DNA of 63,578 bases, counting the filler, from Lenisia limosa (taxonomy: Eukaryota > Protista > Breviatea): assembly GCA_001655205.1 (NCBI GenBank). It is 12 parts of 12 records of this genome, joined end to end, with 100 filler letters (N's around TTAATTAATTAA, not from the genome) between each part and the next. Parts side by side here need not be neighbours in the genome. Positions count along the whole stretch, not along the records: positions 1 to 11,922 come from LPNZ01005264.1; positions 12,023 to 18,292 come from LPNZ01001069.1; 10 more parts are not named here. One strand, given 5' to 3'. A program made the position numbers and the translations under genes. The first letter of the stretch is position 1. The number at the start of each line of letters is the position of its first letter. The notes under the pieces were generated by a model that worked only from the letters and a program-made list of their open reading frames with translations, ran no database searches and had not been told where the DNA came from. This document shows positions 1 through 12,730 of the stretch, in pieces.

Positions 1-791
1 GAACACACCGTATCAAGTAAGTACTTAGCAACCAAAGAGTAGGAAGGAGAAGAAAGAGAGAATGAAGAAGAAACTAAGATGATACTTTTTCACATTTTAG
101 CTGTGAAATTGACATAGTACGGGACAAGGTTTCATTTGAACGTTTGAATTCGACTAAAACAAACCAAAATCACACCCAGGAAATTATATTCTGTATTGAA
201 ATGTTCAAGTTGTTCGAGGAGCAAAATCCCAACAAACTGGTGCGGGAGGGCTGACGGCTGGGGCGGAGAGGGGGACTGTGGGGGGAAGAACCACGATTGG
301 GGCCTGGGTGACTGGTACTTCTGCTGTTAGGTTAGAGTATCGTTATTGGTAAAATATGTGAAGTGAAACCATGACATCATCTCTTTATTTAATTTGAAGA
401 GAATTTCACCGCATGACATCGTTTGCTATACATATGTAGCTCCGTCCTTGGATGTGATAAAACTATTGTAAGGCAAATGATTGAGTGAATAGACTTGATA
501 AAATAGCCAATATCTCTTCTGCACTTAGGATCTAGACGGCTTTGGCCATACACCTTTATTTCTCATTTCAACGTATTATCTACTAAGAGTAAGAGTGTCG
601 AAATAAACCAGATCCCCCACCCAAAAAAAAGAAAAAAAAAAGAGATCACTTATCACTGGGAACTCCAATAGAATCACCCCCCCCCCCNNNNNNNNNNNNN
701 NNNNNNNNNNNNNNNNNNNNNNNNNNNNNNNNNNNNNNNNNNNNNNNNNNNNNNNNNNNNNNNNNNNNNNNNNNNNNNNNNNNNNNNNNNN

Positions 792-2223
792 TTGAGGGTG
801 ACGGAGTAGTAGTGTGTTTTAATTAGCACGGATGGCTCGGAGGAAGGCGCGTTGGAGACTACACGATTACTTGAATTTCGGCAAAGCAGAAACTTCACGA
901 CTATAGTCGCATCATTCACTAAGGTAAAAAGGTAATACAGTGAAGATGATAAATGAAAACTCAAAAAGGGACGCTTATAAAACAATAATGCAAATATGAC
1001 AGTAATGAGGAGCAGGTAAGTCATATAGAGCCTTGTTGTGACACTATCACGAGCTCACATTTGGTGTTGTCATTGAAAGCGACGAGGTTGTCTGCGACCT
1101 TCAGCGCTTTCAAGTGCGTTTCGGGAAGGTCGGAGAGTTTCTCCGGAATGACAGCGTTTTGGCGGGGAGGCACAGAGAGGAGCAGCACCGCAGTGGTGAA
1201 TGACTGGCCTGGCGCCTGGGGAAAGTGTGACTTGCATTGTTTATAATATGTCAATATCAACATATTTGATGAAAATATGGTATTAGCTGATTTCATATCA
1301 GAGGATAATTGACGGCACCATACTGAAATAGCCATATCAATAATATCCCAATACGCAATTGATTAGTCAGCTTCTCCTCACCTTGTTCTCTGATTTAATA
1401 TGTGGACATTGAGGGGGAGGGTTTGCCTCGTGAAGAGCGTAGCAGTCGTTGCATTGGATTGTGACATTGATGATGTTCAAGAGGGGACTCTGAGGGGTGA
1501 GAACTGCAGGAAGAAGAGATTTGAAGTGACAACAAAAAAATGTGAAGAAAAGAATTGGGGGCTAGGCGTCAAATTAAACAATTAGAAACTAAAAATATAT
1601 TATTTCAACACTAACTATTGCTAAATTGCCCCATTAAAAGTTCACGTAATCCCAAAAGGATTGAATGATCAAAATAGTTGCTAAAAATTGATCATTAGTT
1701 GCATATATGATCAAAAGACAGCAAATTGGGCAAGATAAAAAAAGAGGCTTTCATAAAAAAGGCGGAGAAGGGTGATTGTGAAATAAACCACAAAAATAAG
1801 TTTCAGAATAAAGACTAGCAATAAATATGGCACAGAAGTGAGCTCAAACCGAGTGTAAGGGGGAAAAGAGAAAAAGTGAAGAATCAAATCCAAGAATCAA
1901 ACCTCTCCAGCAGAAGACATAGCAGCAGAAGTAAGATTCTTCACATGGTGTGGCGAAATACTATCAATGGAAAGGAGTAATCCAGCTTCAACGGCCCAGT
2001 TGCAGAATAAGTTGGCAATCTACATATTAATGAAAATAGTTCATTCACAAAATAGATTACGATAAAAAAGTGAATGGCCTACTTGAGAGACCTCAGCCAA
2101 TGAAGTGATTTCAACAATTGTTGAGACATTGGGGTTGATCATGAGGGAAGAGACAGCATTGTGGAAGACAATAGCTGAAACCTGCTTCGAATTGGCGTTC
2201 ACAGAAAGACTTGTGAAGCCCAT
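792..2223 (-). CDS. Hypothetical multi-exon protein (partly masked)
   Basis: GT-AG-bounded exons with open frames (MGFTSLSV...EVSQ / IANLFCNW...SAGE / LTPQSPLL... / QCKSHFPQ...SQQGSI); no recognised motif; start uncertain. Confidence 0.5.
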
Positions 2224-2804
2224 TGTTCAATAATACCTTACAAAAACCTTTACAATATACAACCTGGTTACCTAAATACCTTTCACCATCAATAAGACGC
2301 TTAATGCTTTTTTAGTGAATTTTGAAATTTTTTGGTGAAAGTTTAAAATCCATCCAAGAAAAAATATCTTTTCTTCTTTTTCCTCTCTCTTTTCCTGCTT
2401 TATCCCTCTTTCCTTCTTCTATTTTCTTTTGCTGCTGCTGTTGTTATTATTATTTATTGTTTGGCTGCTGCCCCTGATTCCCTGACACCCTACACACTGA
2501 AAAGTGTCCACTTCGTCAAACACCAGAAGACTAAAAACCATGTCTTTTGTTCATGATGCCGACCAAAAGGCCCCTTGCCAGGAGTTTGGTTTTGAACAAT
2601 ATATTCCAGAGGTTGGTTTCTGGGTAAACCTGGTTATTAAAAGTGTTGCAGGTACCTCTCTGGTTGCTCTTCATTGTCTGTCTAATGGCCACTTTCATCA
2701 TCTCCTTGGAAGTGTCGTCCTACTTTTATCGACGAAATAGGAACCATAGCAAACAGGACTAGAAACGAAATTAAATAGTAGTGTACAAAACAGAGGGCAG
2801 GCGA

Positions 2805-5144
2805 CTAAGGCTGCCACGAGAGAAGTCTCAGGATGTCTTGGCACGACCTTCCAAGAATTAAGTTATCCGTCTGAGATGTTAATGTAATTTCGTGATGAAC
2901 TTAGGTGGTCATATGGCGTACCGTTGGTTCTTTTGCCACCACTTTATCCTGGAAAAACTCCATAGCAACTGCTATTTTGGGCAAGTTCAGCCTGACTGAT
3001 GGGATTTCACAGGCAGTAATCAAGGCCTGGAAAGGTTATTGAACACCAGTTGGAGGGCGTGAAACAATAGAAACAAACAACAATCTGGAGAGGATCTTAA
3101 CAAAGCTTCTACAGCCAGTTCAAAAAATACCTGGGTCAGTGCAGCAGCCACCGAGGTTGGAATGTCCACGCCGAACCATTTAGCCCACTCAAGGGATGGC
3201 TCTTCCAAAAACGGCCGGCCATCCATTGATGCTCCCAGCCTTTACTGCGTTAGAAAAGAATCACCTTCATCGTATGGTGATATGAGAAATAAAAAAAGGT
3301 TGTATCTGGTTGCCGTCCACACCATCACATTGCTATTATTTATATCAAAATATTATTTTAGGGGTAGTCATCCAAAACCATCCATACGAGGCCGTCGCGG
3401 TCAAAAGGACTTCGAGTGCAGCCCAAGTCTCGTCATTCTTTGGTGTTAGAGATGGTGAGCCAATGGGCTACTGACTACAATTAATACTTCTGAAACAAAA
3501 AGTATATACCAGGAGCAAGTCGTGAAAAAATAATATGGTGGCCATATAATTATAACTAATTCAAAACATTCTCACATTATTTGCCAAAGCCTCATCGCCC
3601 GCCTTGTTAACAAAGGTAATCAGAGGTACAATAATGCCAGAAGACACTAAAATGTCAAAACACATGAACTTTTAACAACTGCTATTCATTACAAACCTGC
3701 TAATTCTTTTGATTGTGGTTGAAACGATACAGCTACAAACGCTCTACCAATAGATGTCACGATGGGCCAATTTGGGTCCTCCTTCAACAGCTGCTCTAGC
3801 GCCTCAATCAAGGCTAAAAACAGTTATTGGGGAAACAGCAAGGGACTTTATATTTCAGGATATCCAAAATATTAATGTAAACCTTGGAAATAAGACGGAT
3901 CAGAGTAACGGTGCAGTTTGATAATTGTTTCCAGTGCGTAGAAAAGGCAATTGTCATCTGCAGTTTTGCCAAGGACTGTAATTAATGTACCAAAAAGGTC
4001 TGCTTGGAGAAGATTGGAAAGTTCTGGAGTGTGAAAACAGTATTTCAAGCCAAATAGAATTAGAAGCTATGAGTCTTCCTACCAATTGGAGATGAAGCGA
4101 AGAGTGAAACACTTTCTAAGAGGCTGGACTTAATGTCTTCATTCGTTTCCTCATCCTGTAGATAATTACAAGGATAGTTTGAAGCATTTCGATCATTGTC
4201 CCTTGCTAACTATTTTTGTCTTAAGGGCTGGAATGATGTTGTTTCTTTGAAGTGCAGAACGTCCATGAGGAGTTTCTAAAAACTAAACTCGAGCAAGAAA
4301 AAAGAAAGAAACACTCTTTTGTCCATTTTAAAAATCGATGTACATGTTCTTCTAGAAGAAATTGAATTATGGGTTGTATTTACTCTATCCAGAAGAAATA
4401 CAAAAGAAATGTTAAAAGATAGCTGTCCGAAGCAGACACATGTTGAAATGGGAAATAAAAAAACGAAATATAATCTGGTATTTACAAGGAATTCTTTAAT
4501 AATATTATAATCATCCAGTATGGTTAACTTTTATATTTATAAATATATGGTCAGTTTTGTAACTATGGTCAAAGACAAAGTAATTCCCTGAATAAACCCC
4601 CCAATATCGCCCGGTTTACTTGCAGCTCTCAATATGAAGCTAGTCGTGTGGTGTCTGACTTTTTTACTGTTATCTCCAAGGAGCTTTGGTAAACTTTTCA
4701 TAAGATCTACTTGGTAAAGGGTTGCAAGGGGATAAATTGTGCGGTACAAGGTTTTGATTCTCCGGTATACCATCAACAATTAGCGACTCAGCCAGCTTGT
4801 TTGGAGTTGAAGAGATGCTGTCGATTTGTTCAATCGCTTGTTCCCTAATAGACTGCTCTGAATTGTTCAAGTGTTTGCTCTAAATACATAAGTTTATCAA
4901 AAAAAAAAAAAAATTTCGTTCGTTCAAAAGCATACAAGGTTGGGCAAGTCCAGCTTTCCATAAGCGACACGAACTTGACTTGGATNNNNNNNNNNNNNNN
5001 NNNNNNNNNNNNNNNNNNNNNNNNNNNNNNNNNNNNNNNGCACTGCTGACTGGCTTATCATGGCTGAATGGTGTGAATATTTTCAGCATTTTTATATCAG
5101 TAGGATAGTAGGCCTCACTAACCTTGGTTTTGCTCAAAGCCCAT
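2805..5144 (-). CDS. RSPH14: Radial spoke head protein 14 homolog (ARM repeats, RTDR1-like)
   Basis: Spliced product aligns by eye along remembered RSPH14: PSQVRVAYGKLDLPNL...SIREQAIEQI, LPKLLGDNSKKVRHHTT, GRSALQRNNIIPALKTKI, C-terminus RSCQDILRLLSWQP*; about 12 short GT-AG introns. Confidence 0.8.
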
Positions 5145-5804
5145 ATTGAAGAGCTGAGGGCGGGGAAGAATACAAGAAACTACTGGTGAGGTTTCTTATC
5201 CAGGCTATCTTGTTCTTACTATGTTATACTTCTCAATATTTGAAGGGAGGCGGAAAAGAGGAACGATGGGAGCGATGAAGAGGGACGACTGAAAAGAAGA
5301 TCATATAGCGACAATCTTGTACCAGTAACTGTGATGTCAAAAGTAAACAAAAAACTGTTTGAGTTGACTCAAAGTTGACTATTCCTGATATCTGAACTTA
5401 TTTGACGTAATTGTAAACAGATAGCATGTGTTAGAAAGATAGGGACCCTTCGGCTTAAAATGTGAGTTTGAGCGGGGTATTCGCATTATCTCCTTTGTAT
5501 ATTTTATATAGGGTTATAATAATAAACTACAGATAGGACGGGTCTTTGTTTAAAGATTTGGCAACGACACAGCACTCTTTTCTTCCTTTCCTCCTGCATA
5601 TCTAAGTTTTAAATGCATTTAAAAGAGGAGTTTAATTTTTTCCCACCCTTTTACTTAAATTCTTTATCCCCCTTTCCGCTACACTTCATCATATAACGTA
5701 ACAGATATACATCTTTTACTCGACCTTGGAGCATAAATATGTACGTTTCAAATAATGATATAATTCTAAATTTAGTTCATACCTTGACACTTTTCAGTAC
5801 TCCA

Positions 5805-8089
5805 ATGGTGAGTCTTACTCGTCCCAAGCGACCAAGTGTATTGTTCATCTCAGTTGATGGGGTGAGGCCTGACCTTGTCTTTGGAGAGGCTTTCTCTCAT
5901 GTCAAGATCCCAAACATCAGGAAGATCTTGAAAAATGCTGCATTCAGCAAAGGCGTTACTGGAATTGAACCTACACTCACTTATCCATCGCACTGCACCC
6001 TGACAAACAGTGGGATATGGAATGGTTGTGAAAGGGCCTATTGATTGTGCGTGGCATTCCAATGATGATAATGAAGGGGGTAGCATAAGTAGTCTTGAAG
6101 ATATAATAATGAAAGCGTTTTCCCCTCTTTTTATTGAAATGAATATATCCGCTTCAGTCTTATGATTATTTTTATATTATTTGGGGTGTGGGGGTGCACG
6201 TAGAAAACTGTATGCTCGAAAATTTCTTAAAGTGATTTGGTGAATTAATTATAATCAATCATGCTATTATCACCAATATCCATTCCAAAAAGGGTATTGT
6301 CTCCTAATATCATTTCTCCATATTCTGCCTTTTTCAATTACCCTCTAGGCCTTCATCCCACCAACCATGGTACTGTGGGTAATACGTTCTTTGACCCAAT
6401 GAAACGTTACAATGATGCCTGGTGCTTCTTTGCGCCTGAGAAGCCATCAATCTGGACTCAGGCCTCTGAGGTTTGAAATGGAGAGAACATATCATATTAT
6501 TATACTTTTCAAAATTTCACATGCTAGGTTTTATTTATATTATAGAATTATCGCCGTAACATTAAGTATTATGGGACAATACTCGTACTAATACTCAATG
6601 ACTGGCTGAGTACTACTGGATCTTTGGGTTATCTTCTAATCAGTTTTATCTTACACTTCAACCCCAAAAGACTGAATTTCTCGATAAAATTCACAAGTTT
6701 TTTTTTTTTTTTTTTTTNNNNNNNNNNNNNNNNNNNNNNNNNNNNNNNNNNNNNNNNNNNNNNNNNNNNNNNNNNNNNNNNNNNNNNNNNNNNNNNNACT
6801 CCTCAGGTCGGGATGGTGACAGCAAGTATTTCGTGGCCGTGTACAGTCGGAGCCCCAATTGCCTTTAACATTGTTGAATACTGGCGCTTCCATGACAAAC
6901 TGGACACAAGGCTTCAGGACCTAGTTGGCACCCCAGGACTCATGTCAGAAGTCGTCCGTAACCTGGGCCTGGAATACTACCCGGGTAACGAGTGGGATCG
7001 GAAGTCTGATGAACACCGTCGCGATGCTGGACTGTTTATTCTGAGGGAGAAGTTAGCTCCTTTTGTCAAAGAAGGCAAGCCATTCTTCATGACACAGTAT
7101 TTTGCAGCTTATGACGAAGTCGCACATCATCACGACTGGAACTCTGCAGAATCTCTCGAGACCTTGGAGGATATTGACTCTCATGTCGGACAAATCGTTG
7201 AAGCTGCACGTGATATTGCTGGTGAAGATCTTGTGATCTGCCTTGTCAGTGACCATGGTTTTGTAAGTGTCGATGACATCATCAACATCAACAGTCGGTT
7301 CGTAGATGAGGGTTGGATCAAGACAGACTCGTGTAATAAAATTGAGTCATGGGACGTTTATGCTCATGATGGCCACGGTACCACAAGCATCAACATCCGC
7401 GACAAGTCAGACAATGCCCTTTATGCCCTGGTTCATTCGATGTGCTCAACGCTTTTGTCCCAACCCGGCTTTGCGTCCATGCTTGATCGTGAAGATCTCA
7501 AGAGTATTAACGGCTATTCAGCGGACATCGTTCTTGAAGCTCAACCTGGCTTCAGGTTTGTGGGTTGTTGCATCTCTTCTCCGCATTGGATATGAATGCT
7601 ATCAGCTGGTTGTCAAGTTACTTGAATTTCATTTTTTTTTTTCCGTCCGTTATTTAGACATTATGTTTCGGGCTTTAACGTCCACCCTTGGTCAAATCCA
7701 TATTGATGAATTAGGTTCTCATCATCACTTTCTGGCCCGTTGTACACTAAGCCTCTTGAAGGGGTCAGAGGCTACCATGCCACCCACGGTTATCGCCCTT
7801 CACTCAAAGAAACCAATGCCATAGCAATGTTTAGGTTAGACTGGTATTGATTGTGTCAGATTGTTGTTTTGAGACAGACCTTTTTTTGAGTGCTTACTCT
7901 GCAGTGGGGCCAACATTGACCCGCAAGAGCTTCAGAACGTGAACCTGGTGGACATAGCCTGCACCCTTGCCGATGTGATAGGAAGTCCATTCAAGGAACA
8001 CAATGGAACGGTTCTTCCCGTGAGGTATGATGGGGGAGGGGAGGTAATACATGGTAATTGAAGATTTCATATCGCTCAGATTAGACTAA
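5805..8089 (+). CDS. Alkaline phosphatase superfamily, type I phosphodiesterase/nucleotide pyrophosphatase (NPP-like)
   Basis: VLFISVDGVRPD, nucleophile motif PTLTYPSH, YDEVAHHH, LVSDHGF, ATHGY; spliced; no signal peptide. Confidence 0.92.
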
Positions 8090-8383
8090 AATTTTAATTG
8101 TCACTTTTTCGCCTCTAATCTGTTGTTCAATCTCACCTCTTTAGAACCACAATGTCAATGGTAGAGGAGTAATTTAGGGATATTATTAGTTTTGTATGTG
8201 TACTGACATGGGTTAGTTTCTTTGTTGGTTTCTTTTCTTTATATTTATGTTGTTTCCCCTTCAGTTCCGTCGGCTCACCTTTCTTTTGCACATCAATATC
8301 ATATTAGAGAATAAACAAAACACATGGTCAAACCAGGGTGAGAGGGGAAACAGTAATGCAATGAAACAGAAAACAATAAGAAC

Positions 8384-10117
8384 TTAGAACTGGGCGGCCC
8401 ACTTGGCCATGCGCTCGGCGGCGATGATGGGTCCGGGAGTGTGTTTGCGGAGCCAGGCTTCATCAGGCTCACCGGAGGCGGGGAGGTTGTCGAGGGCTTG
8501 CTTGCCGTCAAAGTCGACGAAGCAGAAGCGACCGCAGAGGAAGTCCTCGGTTTGCTCGAAAGCGGTACCTGAAGGGTCAAAGCAGAATAACACGGTAAAG
8601 ATGAATATGAGATTTGTTTAAGCCGTACCGGGGAGGATGGCGCATCCAGTGTCGTCAAGGAGCTTCTGGTAGGTGGCGGGGCCAGTGGTAACGTCCTTGG
8701 CGGCAAGCTCGGCGCGGATGGGCTCGAAATCGGTGAAGATGTAGTAACCGGCCTGGGGCTTGACGGCACGGATCTTTCCGTCCTTGGTGAGGATGTCGTA
8801 GCAGAGACGACCGAGGGGAGCTGGAAGGTTAACAGAGAAGAATTCAGAGGGGAAGAGAGAAAGAACACTGAATGATAGAAAAGAGGGATAGTGGATTATG
8901 AGGAATGCGCATACCGAGAACGCGGCGGGTGGCAGCCTCGTAGTCCTTGAGGTCCTGATGGTCTTCGTAGGCAACAGCGGCGGCGTATTGGATGGGTCCG
9001 GGAGTAAGAGAGTAGCTGTTGGAAGCGAGGAGCTTGAGGGTGGACATGATGAAGTTGAGGGGCTTGGGAATGGAAGCGAAGGCAAGACGCCATCCGCCGG
9101 CACCGAATCCCTTGGACATACTAAAATGATTAGAGTCAGTGAAACAAAAAGAAGCAACGAAGGTAGGCAAAGGCGGAATGCTTACCCGTTAAGGGTGATA
9201 GTGCCCTCGGGGTAGATATCGTCATGGGCAAGAGGAACGTGCTCCTGGCCGGTGAGCTGGAGGGTGTTGTAGATCTCGTCAGAGAGAACAATCATCTCGT
9301 GCTTGCGGAAAGACTCGGCAAGGGCCTTGAGCTCCTCAGCATTGTAGGTAATGCCAGTAGGGTTGTGAGGGTAGTTCATGACCATAAGACGACGAGGACG
9401 GTTGGAGGGGTCGTCGTTCTTGCAGAACTCGTCAATGTCTTCGGGGGTAAGGCGCCATCCGTTGGCGAACTTGGTAGGGAGGCGAGTAAGCTTCTTGTCG
9501 GTGATCACAGAGCTAGGGTAGTAGGTAACCCAGCATGGAGTAGGGACGACAACCTCTGGAGGGGAGATAAGCGGAATAGATTGAAGTAATAAAAATATCC
9601 AAAATAGAAATGAGGGGCACTTGCAATAATCGGCCTCTTACCAGCATCAAGAGACTGCATAATGTGTTGGATAAGCATCTTAGCACCAGGGGCAACCATA
9701 ACATCGGCAGCATCAATAGAGTTGACACCATTGCGGTTAAGGAACTTAGCGCAAGAGTTACGAAGCTCGGGGATACCTGTAAATACAATAAGTACTCATC
9801 GGGATAAAAGAAAAAAAAAAAAATCTGTTAAAAAGTGTACCTTGAGTGGGGTAGTAGAGGTTTCTGTGGGCATTGGCCTCAAGAGCCTTGACAATACGCT
9901 CGGGGATGGGGAAAGGAGATTCACCAAAACCAGCGCGGAAGACCTCCTTGCCGGCAGCCTTCAGGTCAGCGCAAGTCTCGTTGATAGCAAGAGCAGGAGA
10001 AGCGAGGGCAGGGTTCTTAAGCTTCTGGGTGATGTTAGCTGCAGACCAGTTGGCAACAGCAGCGTAGCCGCGAGCCAGAGGGGCAACACGGGTAAGAGAA
10101 TTACTAATAATGGACAT
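8384..10117 (-). CDS. Class I/II PLP-dependent aminotransferase (bacterial AspAT-like) with predicted mitochondrial presequence
   Basis: GFGESPFPIP, NYPHNPTG, LSDEIY, PLP lysine in GMSKGFGAGGWRL, PQAGYYIF; N-terminus MSIISNSLTRVAPLARGYAA lacks acidic residues; strong codon bias; 5 introns. Confidence 0.92.
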
Positions 10118-10455
10118 AATGACCACGAAAAGGAATTTTTTTTTCGGAGAAAACCGCTTATATCCGACTACGAACGTTCTGGAATATTCTGGATTCAATA
10201 CACGGAATATTCCCTTTTCGCCTGTTCTTAACAGTTTACAAGCCTCTCCTCTCATAATCTCTTGGTAAAACAAGTATATCTTTTATTATCAAAGAAAAGT
10301 TTGGCAGTTATCCTACTCACCTATTCCTTCCTGCTCCACAACATTATCTGATTGGAAATTTGAAAAACCACTACTGGAACCACACTGGAACTCTGATGTA
10401 ACTTCACTTTTCCCTCAATTTGTATCTTTATTAAGAATAAAATTACTAACCGGAA

Positions 10456-11815
10456 ATGGATCCAAGTCACCACCTTCCCTCCTATAGTAACTACCACAGC
10501 CCTCAACAGCCCTCCTCTCCTTCCTACAATTACCAGCGAGCCAATGTCTTCACTGTCGAACAGCCAGCAGCCGATCATCACCACCAAGGTCAATATGCAT
10601 CCCCACGTAGGAGCTAATAATGATGTGGAGTTCATTTTGATAATAATTATAAAAATCTCAGATGATTCCGTGTTTGAATTGAATTATCTAGAAAGCTGCC
10701 GTATCACCTCTCGCGTTGCGTCGCCTGCCATGACCCCTGATCCTCCAAGAGTCTCATCACCGTTTTCTATTTCTGAAGGAGTGGGCTGATGGATTTATTG
10801 GGCGCGATTGTCATAATTTCAATTTACAATGATGGATGGAATAGTTTCTTACCTTATTAGCCAAGAAGTCCAGGATTGTTGAGAGGCTTTGATCATCAGG
10901 TAAATTGGACATTGTTTCGCACCTTACTTTTAAAATTGGAAAAATATTTTCAGACGTTACACTCGGAAACAGCTCCTTTCATGTTTAAAGAGAGAGGATA
11001 ATAAAATATTGTATTGCTCTTCTCTTCTGAAGTCCAAAAATCCAAAAAATACAACCTTGGAATACAAAATAATACATAGGACATACATAATTATTGTTGC
11101 TTTTTTGATGCTTGATTTTTAACATATTTATTTTTTATTCAAAGGAATTTTGACTCAACAACTGACAAATACAGGCAGAACGCTATGCTATTGCCCATTG
11201 CGCTGATGCTATTTTGAAAGACGTTGTCAAAGAGCTCACTACTAAACTCGTTCGGGTAGGTTTAATCTTTAAATTTGTACAGTCTCATTTCGGTGATCCT
11301 TGGTTTATTTCAGTAACACGATTAGTATCGTATATCCAGCTTTGTGCAATCCACAATGGTTCGGAGGAGTGTTATTCAGCCACGACCTGGAGTTGAATCA
11401 ATGGTTCTTGATGACATTGTATGTAGGGCTTGCAATTAATGTAGACATTAATTTTGGAATTGAAAGTAATGAGAATTTCAACTTTAAAAATGGGGTGGCT
11501 TAATTGAGCCTGTAGTTAATATATAAAATGAGAAAAAAGTGGTATTTTTATGAACAAAATTAAAATAGAATGGTCAATTTTTTCAACTACAGACTTTTAA
11601 AATAATGCCCCATTTTTGGACTCTTTCAGTTCTTCACAATCATTATTGTAACTTTTGTAATTTTTGTATGTTACACTACGAATTTACAATCAGCATCTTT
11701 CTAAGTGAATGACGCTCTAGATTGAAGAGGTGCTAAAAGCAGAATTGCGAAAGGTTGTACGAAACGTAATACAAACGAGGGTGTCTACTTATTTTAGAAA
11801 AAGACGAGTGGAGGT
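10456..11815 (+). CDS. Hypothetical multi-exon protein, 3' truncated by contig end
   Basis: Phase-compatible GT-AG exons (MDPSHHLP..., DDSVFELN..., AERYAIAH..., IEEVLKAE...); may be more than one gene. Confidence 0.5.
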
Positions 11816-11922
11816 AAGTGATGATATTTTTTGGGTACTTATACACTATTCACTGTTTCGTAGCGATTTCTCCATTTCTCACTCAGTGTTATCTTTTGTG
11901 CCTTACGTCTCACCATCCTTTA

Positions 11923-12022
11923 NNNNNNNNNNNNNNNNNNNNNNNNNNNNNNNNNNNNNNNNNNNNTTAATTAATTAANNNNNNNNNNNNNNNNNNNNNN
12001 NNNNNNNNNNNNNNNNNNNNNN
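11923..12022. other. Artificial contig linker (44 N + TTAATTAATTAA + 44 N); same linker at 18293-18392, 22129-22228, 24510-24609, 29196-29295, 31529-31628, 40734-40833, 43936-44035, 45172-45271, 50935-51034, 61094-61193
   Basis: Identical 100-bp construct with a six-frame stop cassette, seen 11 times. Confidence 0.97.
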
Positions 12023-12730
12023 GTGGGGGTGGGCAAGTATACTGATATGTGAGGGGGGTGTTAGTAAGTTTTATATCATATAATATGGAGAGGGGGGGCG
12101 GGTATAATAACATACATGTATAATAAATAACTTTTCATATTTGCTTGAGTATAGGGGGTACTATAGTATATTGTGTCTCTTAAGAGAACTTCGGCCAAAT
12201 ATTTCGACTTGAATGTCGGGGGGGGGGGGGGCAAGGGACTATAATGCGACCAAACTTTTAATATGTTTTCTTTTATTGGTCAAAACAAAATGACAACGAG
12301 AAGTTTATTGGCCTTTAGGTGGTAGTGAACAGCCAATTGCTAGAGAGGGTTTCTTTTCAGCCGCTGATGGTAGGTGAACCTGGTAATATTTAGTTCATGT
12401 TCGTTGGTGGTATGTGAACTTGTTATCTTGGTAATATTTAGTTCATGTTCGTTGGTGGTATGGTGGTATGTTATCTTGGTAATATTCATAATAAATATAC
12501 TATGATGATATGGTGTGCGATGCAGTTGGAAATCTACACTGACCGCGATAAGAAACACGGTTATTGAGCTTTATTGTGTGTCGATCTTGCCAGAACCTAT
12601 CTAAGTGTGTACATAATATTAAAATATGGTTTCATTATTGTATGCGATCATAATAAACCGATCAGGTGTGGTTCTGGTTGTAGGTCAGCGTATTTATCTC
12701 ATCTCTTCCTTTAAACAACTCATCCTTCAG

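Noticed and set aside
8299-10231. Long ORFs overlapping the aminotransferase (e.g. 8618-9157, 8898-9215, 9662-10231)
   Set aside because: Shadow frames of a codon-biased gene; Ser/Pro-rich, no motifs
11967-11978. Recurrent TTAATTAATTAA palindrome as a biological motif
   Set aside because: Always centred in 44+44 N; a six-frame-stop assembly linker
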